From contig CAMFHP010000008.1 of assembly GCA_945952225.1 (NCBI GenBank), positions 1 to 64,000 of the forward strand: a DNA stretch of 64,000 nucleotides. The letters are read 5' to 3'. Every line of letters begins with the position of its first letter. The first letter of the stretch is position 1. Both the position numbers and the translations under genes were made by a program. This DNA comes from an uncultured Myxococcaceae bacterium (lineage in GTDB: Bacteria > Myxococcota_A > Polyangia > Polyangiales > Ga0077539). A model generated the notes under the pieces. That model was not told the DNA's origin. It searched no databases and saw nothing but the letters and a program-made list of their open reading frames with translations. This document shows, in pieces, positions 30,175 through 42,600 of the stretch.

Positions 30175-30594
30175 ATGGCGACCTCGTACCCGGGCCTCTC
30201 GCTCCACCTCGCGCCCCTCGCACGCGCCGCCGGCGCGCCGACCGCGCTGTGTGATCTTCGCAACCAGCTCCTGGTGTTCTTCTCCGCGTCGGCCTGGGCG
30301 CGCACGCAGTCGACCTCGCACGCGATCGAGCTCCGCGACGCGACGCGCGCCCTCGAACGTGCGGCCTCGCAGCTCCGCGACGCGCTCGCCTGCGAGGTGA
30401 CCGCGGCGCCGACGGAGATCACCGCGTCGGCCGTGCAGCGCTTCGTCGCCGACACCGACACGCCCATGGGCACGCTGCGCCGGAGCCTCATGCTCTCGGG
30501 CATCGACGGCGTCGAGCTGCTCGCAGACCTCGAAGTGGCGCTGGCCCGCGTGCGCATCGGCGCGCTCCCGCACGCCGACCGTCGCGCCGCGTAG
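30175..30594 (+). CDS. Hypothetical protein (139 aa)
   Basis: ATG at 30175 (MATSYPGLSLHL...) with GC3-rich codons. Preferred over the Arg/Ser-rich antisense ORF 30126..30641. No motif recognised. Confidence 0.4.
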   Translation: MATSYPGLSLHLAPLARAAGAPTALCDLRNQLLVFFSASAWARTQSTSHAIELRDATRALERAASQLRDALACEVTAAPTEITASAVQRFVADTDTPMGTLRRSLMLSGIDGVELLADLEVALARVRIGALPHADRRAA

Positions 30595-30595
30595 G

Positions 30596-31906
30596 TCACT
30601 CCGTCGGCGCGTGGGGGTGCGCGTCGTCGTGGGCGCTCCACGGCAGCGCGCGTTCGCGCCAGTGCAGAAAGAGGCTCTGCACGATCGACATCACGGGCAC
30701 CGCGAGGAGCGCGCCCTGGATGCCGAAGAAGTGCTCCCCCGCGAGCAGCGAGAACACCACGAGCACCGGGTGGATCTTCGCCGCGTCACCCATGATCTTC
30801 GGGTTGAGCAGGTTGGCTTCGAGCTGGTGGATCCCGAGGATCCAGAGCAGCACGAACACGCCGGTGCCGAAGCTCTGCGTGAGCCCGATCGCCACGGCGG
30901 GCACCGAGCTCAGGATCGATCCGAAGATCGGCACGAGCGAGAACACCGTCGCGACGAGCGCGAGCGTGGGACCGTACTTCAGCCCCGCGATGGCGAAGCC
31001 CACGGCGCTCAACACCCCGTTCACCATGCAGATGATGAGCTGCCCGCGCACGACGCCCTTGAGCCCGCGGTCGAGGCGGTCGAGGAGCGCGTCGAAATCG
31101 TCGCGCGCCGCGGGGTGCACGAGCCCGCGCAGAAAGCCCCAGATCTGCGCCTCGGTCACGAGCATGTAGGCGCTGACCATCATGGTCATGAAGAACCCGA
31201 AGATGCCGCCGATGACCCCGCCGATGATGCCGCTCCCCACGCGCACGATGTCGCTGAGGTGACCGGCGCCGAGGGCCTGGAGCTTGCGGCCGAGGCCCTC
31301 CTGCTCGCCGGGGGGCGACACGCGCGGAGAGCCTACGCGGAAGCGGTTTTCGTCGATGCGCTCGATCTGGAGCCCGTCGCTCGGGAGCACCACGCGCCAG
31401 CCCCCCGCGGGCGCCGCCTCGATGCGCAGCGCGGGCTCGTCGGCCTCGTCGGGTCCGTCGACGTTGGGCGGCGCGTCGGGCGAATGTGTGGCGCCGCCGA
31501 GCACGCCCTGGAGCCTGCCCGCGAGGCGCTGCACCGAGGGCAGCCACGTGCGCTGCGCCTTCGCGCGAATCTCGGGGACCTCGTGCACGGCGAAGTCGCG
31601 CACCTCGACGACGACGCGCGGGGTGATCGCCGTGATGCCCAGCACGAGCGACGTGATGAGCCCGACGTAGATCGTGAGCACCGCGGCCCAGCGGGGCATC
31701 GCGCGGCCCGCGACGCGCACCTTCGAGAGCGCGGTGACCACCGGAGCGAGCACGTACGCGAGGAGGGCGCCGAGCACGAAGGGCCGCAGCACGGCCTGAA
31801 ACGCATAGAGCGTCGCCACGAAGACGAGGGCGCACACCGCGAGGAAGATCCGTCGGCGTCGGCGCGCGGCGGGGTCCTCGTCGAGCGCCAGGGTGCGGTC
31901 GACCAT
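30596..31906 (-). CDS. AI-2E family transporter (PerM/UPF0118)
   Basis: 436 aa multi-TM protein. ...SAYMLVTEAQIWGFLRGL... and LALVATVFSLVPIFGSILSSVPAVAIGL are characteristic of the AI-2E/PerM family. Confidence 0.8.
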   Translation of the reverse strand: MVDRTLALDEDPAARRRRRIFLAVCALVFVATLYAFQAVLRPFVLGALLAYVLAPVVTALSKVRVAGRAMPRWAAVLTIYVGLITSLVLGITAITPRVVVEVRDFAVHEVPEIRAKAQRTWLPSVQRLAGRLQGVLGGATHSPDAPPNVDGPDEADEPALRIEAAPAGGWRVVLPSDGLQIERIDENRFRVGSPRVSPPGEQEGLGRKLQALGAGHLSDIVRVGSGIIGGVIGGIFGFFMTMMVSAYMLVTEAQIWGFLRGLVHPAARDDFDALLDRLDRGLKGVVRGQLIICMVNGVLSAVGFAIAGLKYGPTLALVATVFSLVPIFGSILSSVPAVAIGLTQSFGTGVFVLLWILGIHQLEANLLNPKIMGDAAKIHPVLVVFSLLAGEHFFGIQGALLAVPVMSIVQSLFLHWRERALPWSAHDDAHPHAPTE

Positions 31907-31940
31907 GGCGCATTGGTTGGCACGGAACCGCGCCCGTTGG

Positions 31941-32480
31941 CTACGGCTCTCGTACGGGCGCGAGCGCGGCGTTGCCGAGCGGTCGCAGGAGCGGTTCGAG
32001 CCGCGCCCACGTGGCGTCGAGCGCCTCGGGCATCACGCGCACGTCGGCGATGATGGGCATGAAGTTCAGGTCGCCGCGCCACCGCGGGACGATGTGCACG
32101 TGGAGGTGCTCTGCGATGCCCGCACCCGCGGCCGCGCCGAGGTTGAGCCCCACGTTGAGGCCCTCGGCGTTCACGGCCTTCTGGAGCACCCCGCAGGTGT
32201 CGCGCACGAGTTCGAAGAGCGCCGCGTGTTCGGCGGCGGTGAGCTCCGCGAGGTCGCTCACGTGGCGCGTGGGAACCACCATGAGGTGCGACGACGCGAA
32301 GGGGTAGCGGTTGAGCATCACGAAGGCGTCGGCGCGGCGGCAGAGGATCAACCGCTCACGGTAGTGCGACGGGTCTTCGGAGGGGTAGCGACAGAAGATG
32401 CAGCCCTGCTCCTTGGGACCGCGGATGTACTCCATCCGCCAGGGGGCCCAGAGGTGCGGACGTTCCGGTTCGTGCGACAT
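31941..32480 (-). CDS. HIT family hydrolase
   Basis: Histidine triad HLHVHIVPR. CIFC zinc-binding-like motif near the N-terminus. The start could instead be the GTG at 32498. Confidence 0.8.
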   Translation of the reverse strand: MSHEPERPHLWAPWRMEYIRGPKEQGCIFCRYPSEDPSHYRERLILCRRADAFVMLNRYPFASSHLMVVPTRHVSDLAELTAAEHAALFELVRDTCGVLQKAVNAEGLNVGLNLGAAAGAGIAEHLHVHIVPRWRGDLNFMPIIADVRVMPEALDATWARLEPLLRPLGNAALAPVREP

Positions 32481-32537
32481 GGGAGCGACGTCGCGCACCC
32501 TAACGCGGCGCGTGACGCGCAGGGAAGGGCCTCGTCG

Positions 32538-33287
32538 CTAGCCGCGTCCCGTGAGCACGCGCGCCTTCGCCTTCGAGAGCCACTGCGTCGCCCAGAAGGG
32601 CAGCCTGCGGATCACCTGCTTGCGCGCGCGATACACCGGCGACGACACGTCGACGATGGGCGCGCCGTCGGCCACGCGGAACATCTGCGCGTACGGATCG
32701 ACGGCCTTCGCGGCCTCGTCGTTGAGGAACAGAAACGCGTTGTGCCGGTACCACGGCGCCACGGCCTCGTCGTCGCGGAGCAGCGGGCGCAGGCAGTCGT
32801 AGAGCGCGTAGCCCCGCGCCGCGAAGAGGTCGCGCCAGTACTCGTAGGGCATCTCGTGAATGTGGTTCTCGCCGCCCTGCCCCGGCGGCGCCGCGGAGAA
32901 GAGCACCGCGTTGGCGTGGGCCGTGAGGTCGGCGACGAATCCCTCGGCGCGCGAGGCCGGGAGGTGCTCGGCCACTTCGACGCTCTGCGCGAGGTCGAAG
33001 CGACGACCGAGGGCGAAGGGCTGCGCGAGGTCGTGGGCCGTGAAGCGCCCGGGGTCGACCATCATGCGCGCGCGGTCGACGTAGTCGCCGTCGAGGCCGG
33101 CGTAGTCGGCGACGCCGTGGTCGCGCCACACGGAGAGCCACGCGCCCTGGGCGCAGCCCACGTCGAGCACGCTGGTCACCGGGAGGATGCGCTGCACCAC
33201 CGCGACGACCTTGCGGGCAGAGTCGAGGGACACGCGGGTGGTGTGGTCGAAGAACGAGCTGTCGTAGGTGTACGCGGGGGTCGACAC
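32538..33287 (-). CDS. Class I SAM-dependent methyltransferase
   Basis: VLDVGCAQGAW (motif I, GxGxG-like) and a following acidic loop. GTG start. 249 aa. Confidence 0.7.
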   Translation of the reverse strand: MSTPAYTYDSSFFDHTTRVSLDSARKVVAVVQRILPVTSVLDVGCAQGAWLSVWRDHGVADYAGLDGDYVDRARMMVDPGRFTAHDLAQPFALGRRFDLAQSVEVAEHLPASRAEGFVADLTAHANAVLFSAAPPGQGGENHIHEMPYEYWRDLFAARGYALYDCLRPLLRDDEAVAPWYRHNAFLFLNDEAAKAVDPYAQMFRVADGAPIVDVSSPVYRARKQVIRRLPFWATQWLSKAKARVLTGRG

Positions 33288-33432
33288 GGGACTCGGTGCG
33301 CTTTCGTGCGTGGAGGGATGAGCGGGGACGCGCGGACCCGTCGGTGGCGCAACGCCGTAGGAGGCCGCGCGCGAGGCCCTTTGCGGGCCCGGGACACTAG
33401 CAGACGAAGGGCCTGCAGTTGCGCACTTCGCG

Positions 33433-33463
33433 TTGACTTTTCGTGGGAATACGACTACCCACG
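33433..33463 (+). promoter_or_regulatory. Candidate -35/-10 region for rpsA with a long leader
   Basis: TTGACT at 33433 followed, after 17 nt, by a TACCCA-like element. It lies about 270 nt upstream of the rpsA ATG. S1 genes commonly have long, structured autoregulatory leaders. Weak. Confidence 0.2.
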
Positions 33464-33702
33464 GCGGCCTCGCTCCGGGTTTCTTCCGGGCGGACCCTGC
33501 GCCTCGCGCGCCGTCTCACGTCGACACCCACGTAAGGGATATTCAACTCGCACCACGACCGCGCGATGGGCGCGCGGACGGCGGAGATGCGGCCCTCTGT
33601 GAACCGGGTTTCGATGCGTACGGCGCTGTGATGCACCACCGCAGACCGCGCGAAATGATCCGTCGGGGACTTCTCTCGAAAGGCAGGTCTCAGAACAACC
33701 GC

Positions 33703-35448
<1,746 letters not shown>

Positions 35449-35478
35449 TCCGCTGATCTCGACCTGATACGAACGGCT

Positions 35479-35520
35479 TCGCGGCGCGGTGGCGATGAGC
35501 TCCCGCGCCGCGTCGTCATT
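35479..35520 (+). terminator. Candidate terminator after rpsA
   Basis: Inverted repeat CGCGGCGCGG...CCGCGCCGCG followed by TCGTCATTTGGGGG. It lies 30 nt after the rpsA stop, between convergent genes. Confidence 0.3.
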
Positions 35521-35567
35521 TGGGGGATCGACGCGGCGTGGGTGCGGTGTGTTGCGCGGGGGTGCGC

Positions 35568-38500
35568 TCAGCGGCGCGCGGCCGTGCGGACCGCGGCGGG
35601 ATCGGGGGTGACAGGCTCGTCGACGAGGGCGCCGTCGGTCACGCGAAGCCCGCGGGCGCGGTGCTCGCGATCGAGACGAACCGTGCGCTCCACGAGGCGC
35701 GTGCGAAGGCCCTGCGGAACGAGGAGCTGCACGCGCACGTCGACCGCGCGGCGGTGTTCGAGGCCCGCCGTGGCGCGCACCACGAGGTGCTGACCGACGA
35801 GCGCGGTGTCGGGTGTCCACACGCGCGCGCCGAGCGATGCGGGCGCGTCGCCGACGACGGTGGGCGCGGTGTCGGCGTCGGTGCGTGCGAGGAGCTCCAG
35901 CGCGAGATCGGGGTGCGTCCATCGCACGATCACGCGGCCCTCACGGGCGTTGCGAAGGCGCGCGGCCACGCGGAGCCACGCGCGCACGGCGGGATCGTCG
36001 GGGCGCAGGGCCACCACGCGGGCCACCTCGGCGTCGAGGATCGCCTGCGCCACGGGGCCCATCGCGTCGCTCCCCGACGCCTCCGATGCGCGACGGAGCA
36101 GACGGAGGCCTTCGTCTTCGCGTCCCGCGGCCAGCGCGCAGAGTGCCACGCGCACGAGCGGGAGCGCGTCGCCGGGGCTCAACATCGCGAGCGTCTGCGC
36201 GTGGTGGTAGGCCTCCGCGGGCCATCCCCAGGTGAGCAGAAGGTCGGAGAGCCGCGCGCGGGCGAAGGGATCGTAGGGCGCGAACTCGGCGACCTCGGTG
36301 AACGCGCGCAACGCCTCGTCGCGGTCGTTGGCGCGCAGGAGGAGCTCGGCCACGCGGCTCCGCACGCGCGCGTCGGCGACGGGGTCGTGGCGCAGTCGCT
36401 CGCCCACCGCGCGTGCCTCGGGGAGCGAGCCTGCGTCTTCGAGGGCGTCCATGAGACGGAGGCGGAGGTCGACGTCGTCGGGCACCGCGACGAGCCACGC
36501 GCGCAACAGGGCGATGCGCTGCGCAGGCGTGAGCGTCGGCGCGGCGAGGCGCGTGAGGAGCGCATCCCAGTCGAGCGACACAGGCCGTGCGCCGCGCGCG
36601 CGCCACACCCACGTGGGACCGAAGCGTCGCGCGATGGCGCCGTCGAGCCACATCACCGACGCGCGGTCGGAGAGGCCGTTGCGAAGCGCCACCACGTCGT
36701 CGGGATTCGTGAGTGCCACGAGGAGCACGTCGAGCAGCGCGCGACGGTCGTCCCACGTGCGCAGCTCGCAGCGTGCGACCGCGGTGTTCCACACGTCGAG
36801 GGCGGTCGAGGCCGATGGGCCGCGCACACGCAGACGCTCGCGCCACAGCGTACGGAGCACGTCGCGTGAGAGGCCCGCGGTGGGCGCGCACACGCGCGTC
36901 GCGGGTCCCGTCGCGATGGGGAGCGACCACGTGAACGCGCGCACGTAGCGTCCCGGCGAGGCGCCGAAGAGCGCGGGCTCGGGCACGCGCACGCCCGACA
37001 CCGCGCGGCGCACACACTCGGCGGCCTCGACGTCGTTGAGGGTCGAGTACGCGAGCGTCGCCGCCGTGACCTGGCCCGTCGCGTCGATGTCGGCCGCGAT
37101 GCCCACGGTGCCCGCGATCGCAGGGCGAAGTGCGCGACGTCGCGTGATGCACACCTCGGCTGCGGGACCTGCCACGGAGAGCGCCTCGACGAGCGCCGCC
37201 GCGCCGCCCACGCCGCGCCCCTCGCCCTCGCCGTGCACCTGCCAGCCGCGTCCGTCGTCGAAGGCCACGGGAACCTCGCGGGCGTCGCGCTCGGTGCGAA
37301 GCACACCGCGCGGAGCGAGGTCCGACGACACACCGAGCGACGGGAGACGCGCGCCGTCGTCCTCGGCGGGCCAGAGGCTCGCGCGCACGGTGAGTCCCTG
37401 CGCCGCGACCGTCGGATCGACGGCGGCCACCACGAGGCCCGACACCGGCGTGATCACACCGAAGCGCGCGCCGAGGTCTGCGATGGAGCCGCGTCCGGCG
37501 CCCCCTCGCGTGAGCGCGTCGATGCGCGCGGAGGCCCAGCGCCGTGCGAGGTCGCCGTGGTCGACCACGTCGCGGAGTTCGAGCGGGAGCGTCCACGCGC
37601 GCGCGGTGAGCCCGTCACGGGCGCGCACGGTGAGCTGCGTGGGGGCGCGTCCGGGGAGCTCGGCGAGGAGGTGCAGCGCATCGCCCGCGACCCACACCGT
37701 GCGGCGCGTGGGCATCGGGTGCGTGAGCAGCGGGCCCGCATCGACGCGAAGGTCGCGAAGACACGGACGGAGCGCGTGGGCCACGATGCGTTCCGCGGCG
37801 TGCACGGCGTCGTCGGCGTCGTCGACACGCAGTGCGAGGCCGCCGTCTTCGGTGAGCGGCGCGAGCACCTCGGGGTGCGCCGCGGCGCCGAGCGTGACGG
37901 TGTAGAGCCGCAGGTCGGGCGCCTGCCGCGTGGCCTCGTCGACGAGACGCGCAGGGTCGAGTGCGCCCACGGTGGGCGTGCCATCGCCGAGGTACACCAC
38001 CGCGCCGTTGCGCGACGGATCGAGGGCCGCGTGCGCGTCGACGAGCATGCGCGCGAGGTCGGTCGCGCCCCCCGAGCGGGCACGGGCCACGGCGTCGAGC
38101 ATCGACTCGCGACGGGCGTCGTCGACGGCGGCGAGCGTGCCCAGCGAAGGCCCTGCGGGGCGCGCGCCGAGGTCGCCGACAAAGAGGGCCGCGCGGTCGT
38201 CGGGACCGAGCTGCCGGAGCATCGCGTCGATGGACGCGCGGGCCAGTTCGAGCGATGCGGGGTCGGTCGCAGCCGAGGTGTCGAGCACGAGCGCGAGGTC
38301 GGTTCCACGTGCGATGGGCGTTGGAAGCGCGACGTCGACGAGGAGGTGGCGCGTGCCATCGGGCTGCGCGGCGACGCTGCGCCACGCGCGGGCCGCGGGG
38401 ATCGTGCGAGGCCTCGCGTCGTCGAGGGTGACCACGAGCGCGCCGCGCGGGCGCCAGTCGCTGCGGCGCATGCGAACGTGCTGGTCGGCGTCGAGGCGCG

Positions 38501-39608
38501 CTCCCTCGGGAGACTCCACGCGTGCGGCGTCGGCCTTCGAGAGGTCGACGTCGAGGGAGAACTCGCCCACCGCCTGCGGCGCCACCGCATCGCCGAGGGG
38601 ATACACCCAGCTCCGTCGGTTGTGCGTGTGCGGGAGCCACTGAACCCACGAGAGTTCCGTGCGGCGTGTGGCGCCGGGCGCGAGCGTGCCGAGGCTCGCG
38701 TACACCTCACCGTCGCCCGCGGAGAGCAGCGCCGCGAGCCCCGCGTGGGCCACCCGTCGCGCGACCACGCCGGGCACCGCGTCGTTCCACCCGTCGCCCT
38801 CGCCCTCGCCCACACGGAACGACGACACGAGCGCGCCGTCGGGCACTCGCACGCGGTACTCCACCGGCGCGACGCGCTCGCCGCCGTTGAAGAACCGCTG
38901 CGTCACCGTGGTGATCGCGAGGTCGCCGGTCACACGCACGACCACCCGCTGCTCGTTGAGCGCGAGCGCGCCGGGCGCCTCGCCGTCGTCGCCGTGCGAC
39001 ACCATGCGTCCCGTCGACGCGTGCGCGGTCTGCGGGGTGGCGGCGCCGCCGGTCCAGTCGTCCCACACGCCCGCGGGGTGGAGTTCGAGCGCGCCCGTTC
39101 CTTCGAGCGACTCGCCCTGCGCGACCTGCCCCTGTCGCGCGCCCTGCTGGTACGAGGCCTCGCCGCGCACGACCACGACGCGCGTGCCCGCAACGCCTGC
39201 CACGCCGCGCTCTACGGAGAACGCCGCGTCGGCGAAGCGCAGCACCGCATCGTCGCCCACAGAGAGCGCGCGCTCGCCCTCGCCCCACGCCGATGCGGAC
39301 ACACGACCGCGCACCACCCGCGCGCGTCCGTCGAGGAACGTGAGCTCGGTGTCGCCCGCGAGGCGCAGCTCGATGCCGTCGTCGGTGCGCACGATGGCGC
39401 GTCCTTCGGCGGCGGTGCGCACGCTTCCGCTGCGTTCGGCGCGCGCGATGCCTTGCGGATCGACGACCGAGCCTGCGCCGAGCACGCGCACGCCCGGGTG
39501 CAGCACCTCGATGGAAGCGCAGGTCGAAGCCCCCGCGCGGAGCCCCTTAGCGCGGCACGACATTTCGCCGAGGAGCGCGACGAGTGCGACGGTGACGGCG
39601 AGCTTCAC
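35568..39608 (-). CDS. Giant secreted FecR-like / VIT / von Willebrand factor A / TPR-like protein (1346 aa); paralog 1
   Basis: GTG start overlapping the stop of the upstream paralog (GTGA). Signal peptide. FecR-like N-terminus. VIT-like segment (VVVRVTGDLAITTVTQRFFN...EYRVRVPDGALVSSF). VWA with a MIDAS-like motif (DLALVLDTSAATD...GGATDLARML...VVYLGDGTP). Alpha-helical TPR-like C-terminal third. Confidence 0.75.
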   Translation of the reverse strand: MKLAVTVALVALLGEMSCRAKGLRAGASTCASIEVLHPGVRVLGAGSVVDPQGIARAERSGSVRTAAEGRAIVRTDDGIELRLAGDTELTFLDGRARVVRGRVSASAWGEGERALSVGDDAVLRFADAAFSVERGVAGVAGTRVVVVRGEASYQQGARQGQVAQGESLEGTGALELHPAGVWDDWTGGAATPQTAHASTGRMVSHGDDGEAPGALALNEQRVVVRVTGDLAITTVTQRFFNGGERVAPVEYRVRVPDGALVSSFRVGEGEGDGWNDAVPGVVARRVAHAGLAALLSAGDGEVYASLGTLAPGATRRTELSWVQWLPHTHNRRSWVYPLGDAVAPQAVGEFSLDVDLSKADAARVESPEGARLDADQHVRMRRSDWRPRGALVVTLDDARPRTIPAARAWRSVAAQPDGTRHLLVDVALPTPIARGTDLALVLDTSAATDPASLELARASIDAMLRQLGPDDRAALFVGDLGARPAGPSLGTLAAVDDARRESMLDAVARARSGGATDLARMLVDAHAALDPSRNGAVVYLGDGTPTVGALDPARLVDEATRQAPDLRLYTVTLGAAAHPEVLAPLTEDGGLALRVDDADDAVHAAERIVAHALRPCLRDLRVDAGPLLTHPMPTRRTVWVAGDALHLLAELPGRAPTQLTVRARDGLTARAWTLPLELRDVVDHGDLARRWASARIDALTRGGAGRGSIADLGARFGVITPVSGLVVAAVDPTVAAQGLTVRASLWPAEDDGARLPSLGVSSDLAPRGVLRTERDAREVPVAFDDGRGWQVHGEGEGRGVGGAAALVEALSVAGPAAEVCITRRRALRPAIAGTVGIAADIDATGQVTAATLAYSTLNDVEAAECVRRAVSGVRVPEPALFGASPGRYVRAFTWSLPIATGPATRVCAPTAGLSRDVLRTLWRERLRVRGPSASTALDVWNTAVARCELRTWDDRRALLDVLLVALTNPDDVVALRNGLSDRASVMWLDGAIARRFGPTWVWRARGARPVSLDWDALLTRLAAPTLTPAQRIALLRAWLVAVPDDVDLRLRLMDALEDAGSLPEARAVGERLRHDPVADARVRSRVAELLLRANDRDEALRAFTEVAEFAPYDPFARARLSDLLLTWGWPAEAYHHAQTLAMLSPGDALPLVRVALCALAAGREDEGLRLLRRASEASGSDAMGPVAQAILDAEVARVVALRPDDPAVRAWLRVAARLRNAREGRVIVRWTHPDLALELLARTDADTAPTVVGDAPASLGARVWTPDTALVGQHLVVRATAGLEHRRAVDVRVQLLVPQGLRTRLVERTVRLDREHRARGLRVTDGALVDEPVTPDPAAVRTAARR

Positions 39609-42600
39609 GGCGCCCTCCGGGTGGCGATGCGAACGTGGGTGTCGGGCTCGGGCGGCGGTGTGAGCGCGCCGTCGACGACGTCGAAGCGCGCACGAGATTG
39701 CGACGCCTCGAAGCGCACGCGCTGACGCACGACACGTTCGCGCGGCGTGCCTTCGTTCCAGAGCACCACGAGCTCGACGTCACCACGCGGACGACCGCCG
39801 CCCGCGCGGCGCACTTCGAGGGAGAGCCCCGCGGGAACGTCGGACCACACCGCGCCTTCGAGGGGCACCTGCGCGCCCACGAGTTCGGCGCGTCGAAGGG
39901 GCACGTCGCGGGTCGCGACCCAGAGCTCGGCCGACTCGTCGGGGTGCAACGCGCGAAGCACCACACGCACCGCGCCGGCACCACGCGCCGCGGGGCTCCG
40001 ACGCCATCGTGCGCGCAGGGCGGCCACGTCGCGCGCGGCGGCGTGCGGGTCGGACGCGGCGAGTGCGAGCTCGGTGGCGATCCACGCGGCGGCGGCTTCG
40101 ACAGTGCCATCGGTCGCACCCGGTCCGCCCGCGGTGCTCACGCGCTCCGCGAGACGGATCGACTCGTCGAAGCGACCGGCCGCGCGCGCGGCCCACGCGA
40201 GTCGCAGCAGGATCTCGGGCGCGTCGCGCCGCAGGGTCGCGAGGGTCTGAAACTGCCGATACGCCTCCTGCGCCCAGCCGTGAGCGAGCGCGATGTCACC
40301 GAGACGCTGACGCGCCGCGGGATCGTCGGGGGCGAACTCCACGATCTCGGAGAACGCGCGCCGCGCCTCGGCCTCGTCGCCGATCGCGAAGAGCGCCTCA
40401 CCCACCACGGTGCGGGCGCGTGCGTCGGTGCGCGGGTCTTCGCGGAGCTTCGCCGCCGTGGCGCGCACCACCTCGCGATCGTCTGCGAGCACCGCGGCGT
40501 CGAGCACGAGCAGCGCCAGTTCGAAGTCGTCACCGTGCACGCGCGACAGGGCCAGCAGCACCGAGAGCCGCTCGCGGGGCGTCACCGCGTGGGCGAGCGC
40601 CGCGGAGAGCGTGGCCGCATCGAGGCGTCCGAGGCCGAGCTCGTCGGCGCGCGCGAGCTCTCCGCGCCGGGCGAGCGTGCGGAGCAGCACGTCGCGCATC
40701 CACGCGCGTGCACCGGCGTCGCGCGCGAGCCCGCGGTAGAGCGCGATCTGTCCGTCGACGGATCCCACCGTCTGCGCGAGCACGCGCAGCATCGCCACGC
40801 GGTCGGGCCATGCGGGCAGCTCGCACGCGCGCTTCGCGTCGCTCCACACGCGGAGCGCGGTGGCCGCGTCGGCCTGCGCGAGCCGTTCGCGCCAGAGCGA
40901 CACGCGCTCGGCGAGGGTCACCGCCGCGGCGTCGCTGCACCGTGCGAGCGCAGTGGTCTCTGCGGGTGCGGGCGCCGACTGGGCGGCGCGCTGCGCCTGG
41001 TCTGCGGCGGGCTCGCGGTGGTCACGGGCGTTGCGCTCGTCGCCGTCGAATCCCGCGACGGACGAGCCCTCGATGCCCCATCGCGACGTCGTCGCACGTC
41101 GACCGCCCGCGGGGCGTAGTCCGTCGGCAGCGCGCTCCGTCGCGGGCATCACGGGTGCCGCGGTCGGAGGTGGCGGCGGCGCGGCGACCGTCGGCTCGGC
41201 CTCCGCAGCGTTGCGATTCATCGGCGCGAGCGGCTGCTCCTGTTGCGCGGCCTCACGGGCCACACCGGGTGACGACGGTGCTTCGGGCTGCGCGGGGATG
41301 TTTGTGGTGCGATCGATGTCCTGCGGAGCCGCGGTGGGTGTGGTGGTCGACGCGCTCGGCGCGGGTGCAGCAACCGGTGCCTGCGCGACGGTCGCGGCGG
41401 GGACCTCTTCGCGCGCCTCGTGGTCGAGGCGTGCGCATCCCACGAGCGGAATCAGATCGACGAGGGACCACCGCAGGTCGCTCTCGCGACGCGCATCGCG
41501 GGGCACGAGCGGCTCGTCTTCCGAGGGCACGTAGAACGACGTGAACGGCGTCACGAGCCCGAAGCGCGTGCCGAGTTCGACGACCACCGCGCGGGGCTCA
41601 CCCGTCGCGAGCAGGTGATCGAGGCGGGCCGACGCCCAGCGCGCGCGCAGGTCGTCGCGGTCCGCGAGGGTGCGCACCGCGGGGTCGACGGTGCGCACAC
41701 GTTCCTGACCATTCCAGCGCGCGCGCACGGTGACACGCGGGGTGCGATCGCCGGTGGCGCGTCCGACGACCACGAGGGGTTCGCCCGCAGGCACGTCGAC
41801 GGGCCCCACCGGGTACACACGTTCGACGTCGGGCCCCAGGTCGACCTGAAACCCTCGCACCAGCGGACGCGTCGCGTGTTCGATCACCTCGATGGCCGTG
41901 CGCGCGACCTCGGCGCGTCGTGCCACGCGCGCGGCGAATCCCGTGGGGGCCGCGATGCCCGCGAGCACGTCGAGCTTCGGCGCGTCGCCCACCGCGATCG
42001 CGTAGAGCCTCGGGTGCGGATCCATGCGCGCGAGCCGCGCCCGCAGCGCCGTCACATCGGCCTCGCCCACCGTCGCATCGCCGTCACCGACGTACACGAT
42101 CACGCCGTTGCGTCGCGGGTCGAGGGCCGCGTGGGCCGCGTCGAACATGGCGCCGAGATCGGTTGCGCCACCGCGGCGGTCGTTGGCCAGCGCGTCGAGC
42201 AGCCGCTGACGGGCCTCGTCGGTCACCGCCGCGAGCCGTGCTTCGGGCGCGCCCACGGACCGCGTGGACACATCCCCCGCGAGCACGAGGAGCCGATCGC
42301 GCGGCGAGAGCGAGCGCACGAGGGCCTCCGCGAAGGCCTGCCCGAGGAGCGCCGAGGCGGGGTCGGTGGCCGCCGAGTGGTCGACCACCACCACGAGGTC
42401 GACGCCCTCGTCGCGCGCGGTGAGCGCCTCGGAGAACGGCGGCTGCACCGCGACGCGCACGAAGCCGAAGCGGTCACCGACGGCGCCCGACGACGGCACG
42501 CGCACGACGCTGGCCGCCAGGGGCGGAGGGCCTTCGAGGTCGAGCACGAAGTCCGCGGCGGGGAGCGTGTCGCTGCGAGAGAATGTGAGGTGGTCTCCAT

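Noticed and set aside
30126-30641. 171-aa minus-strand ORF between the amidase and the AI-2E transporter
   Set aside because: Ser/Arg/Ala-rich low-complexity translation. The opposite-strand 139-aa ORF has more protein-like composition, so that one was called, at low confidence.
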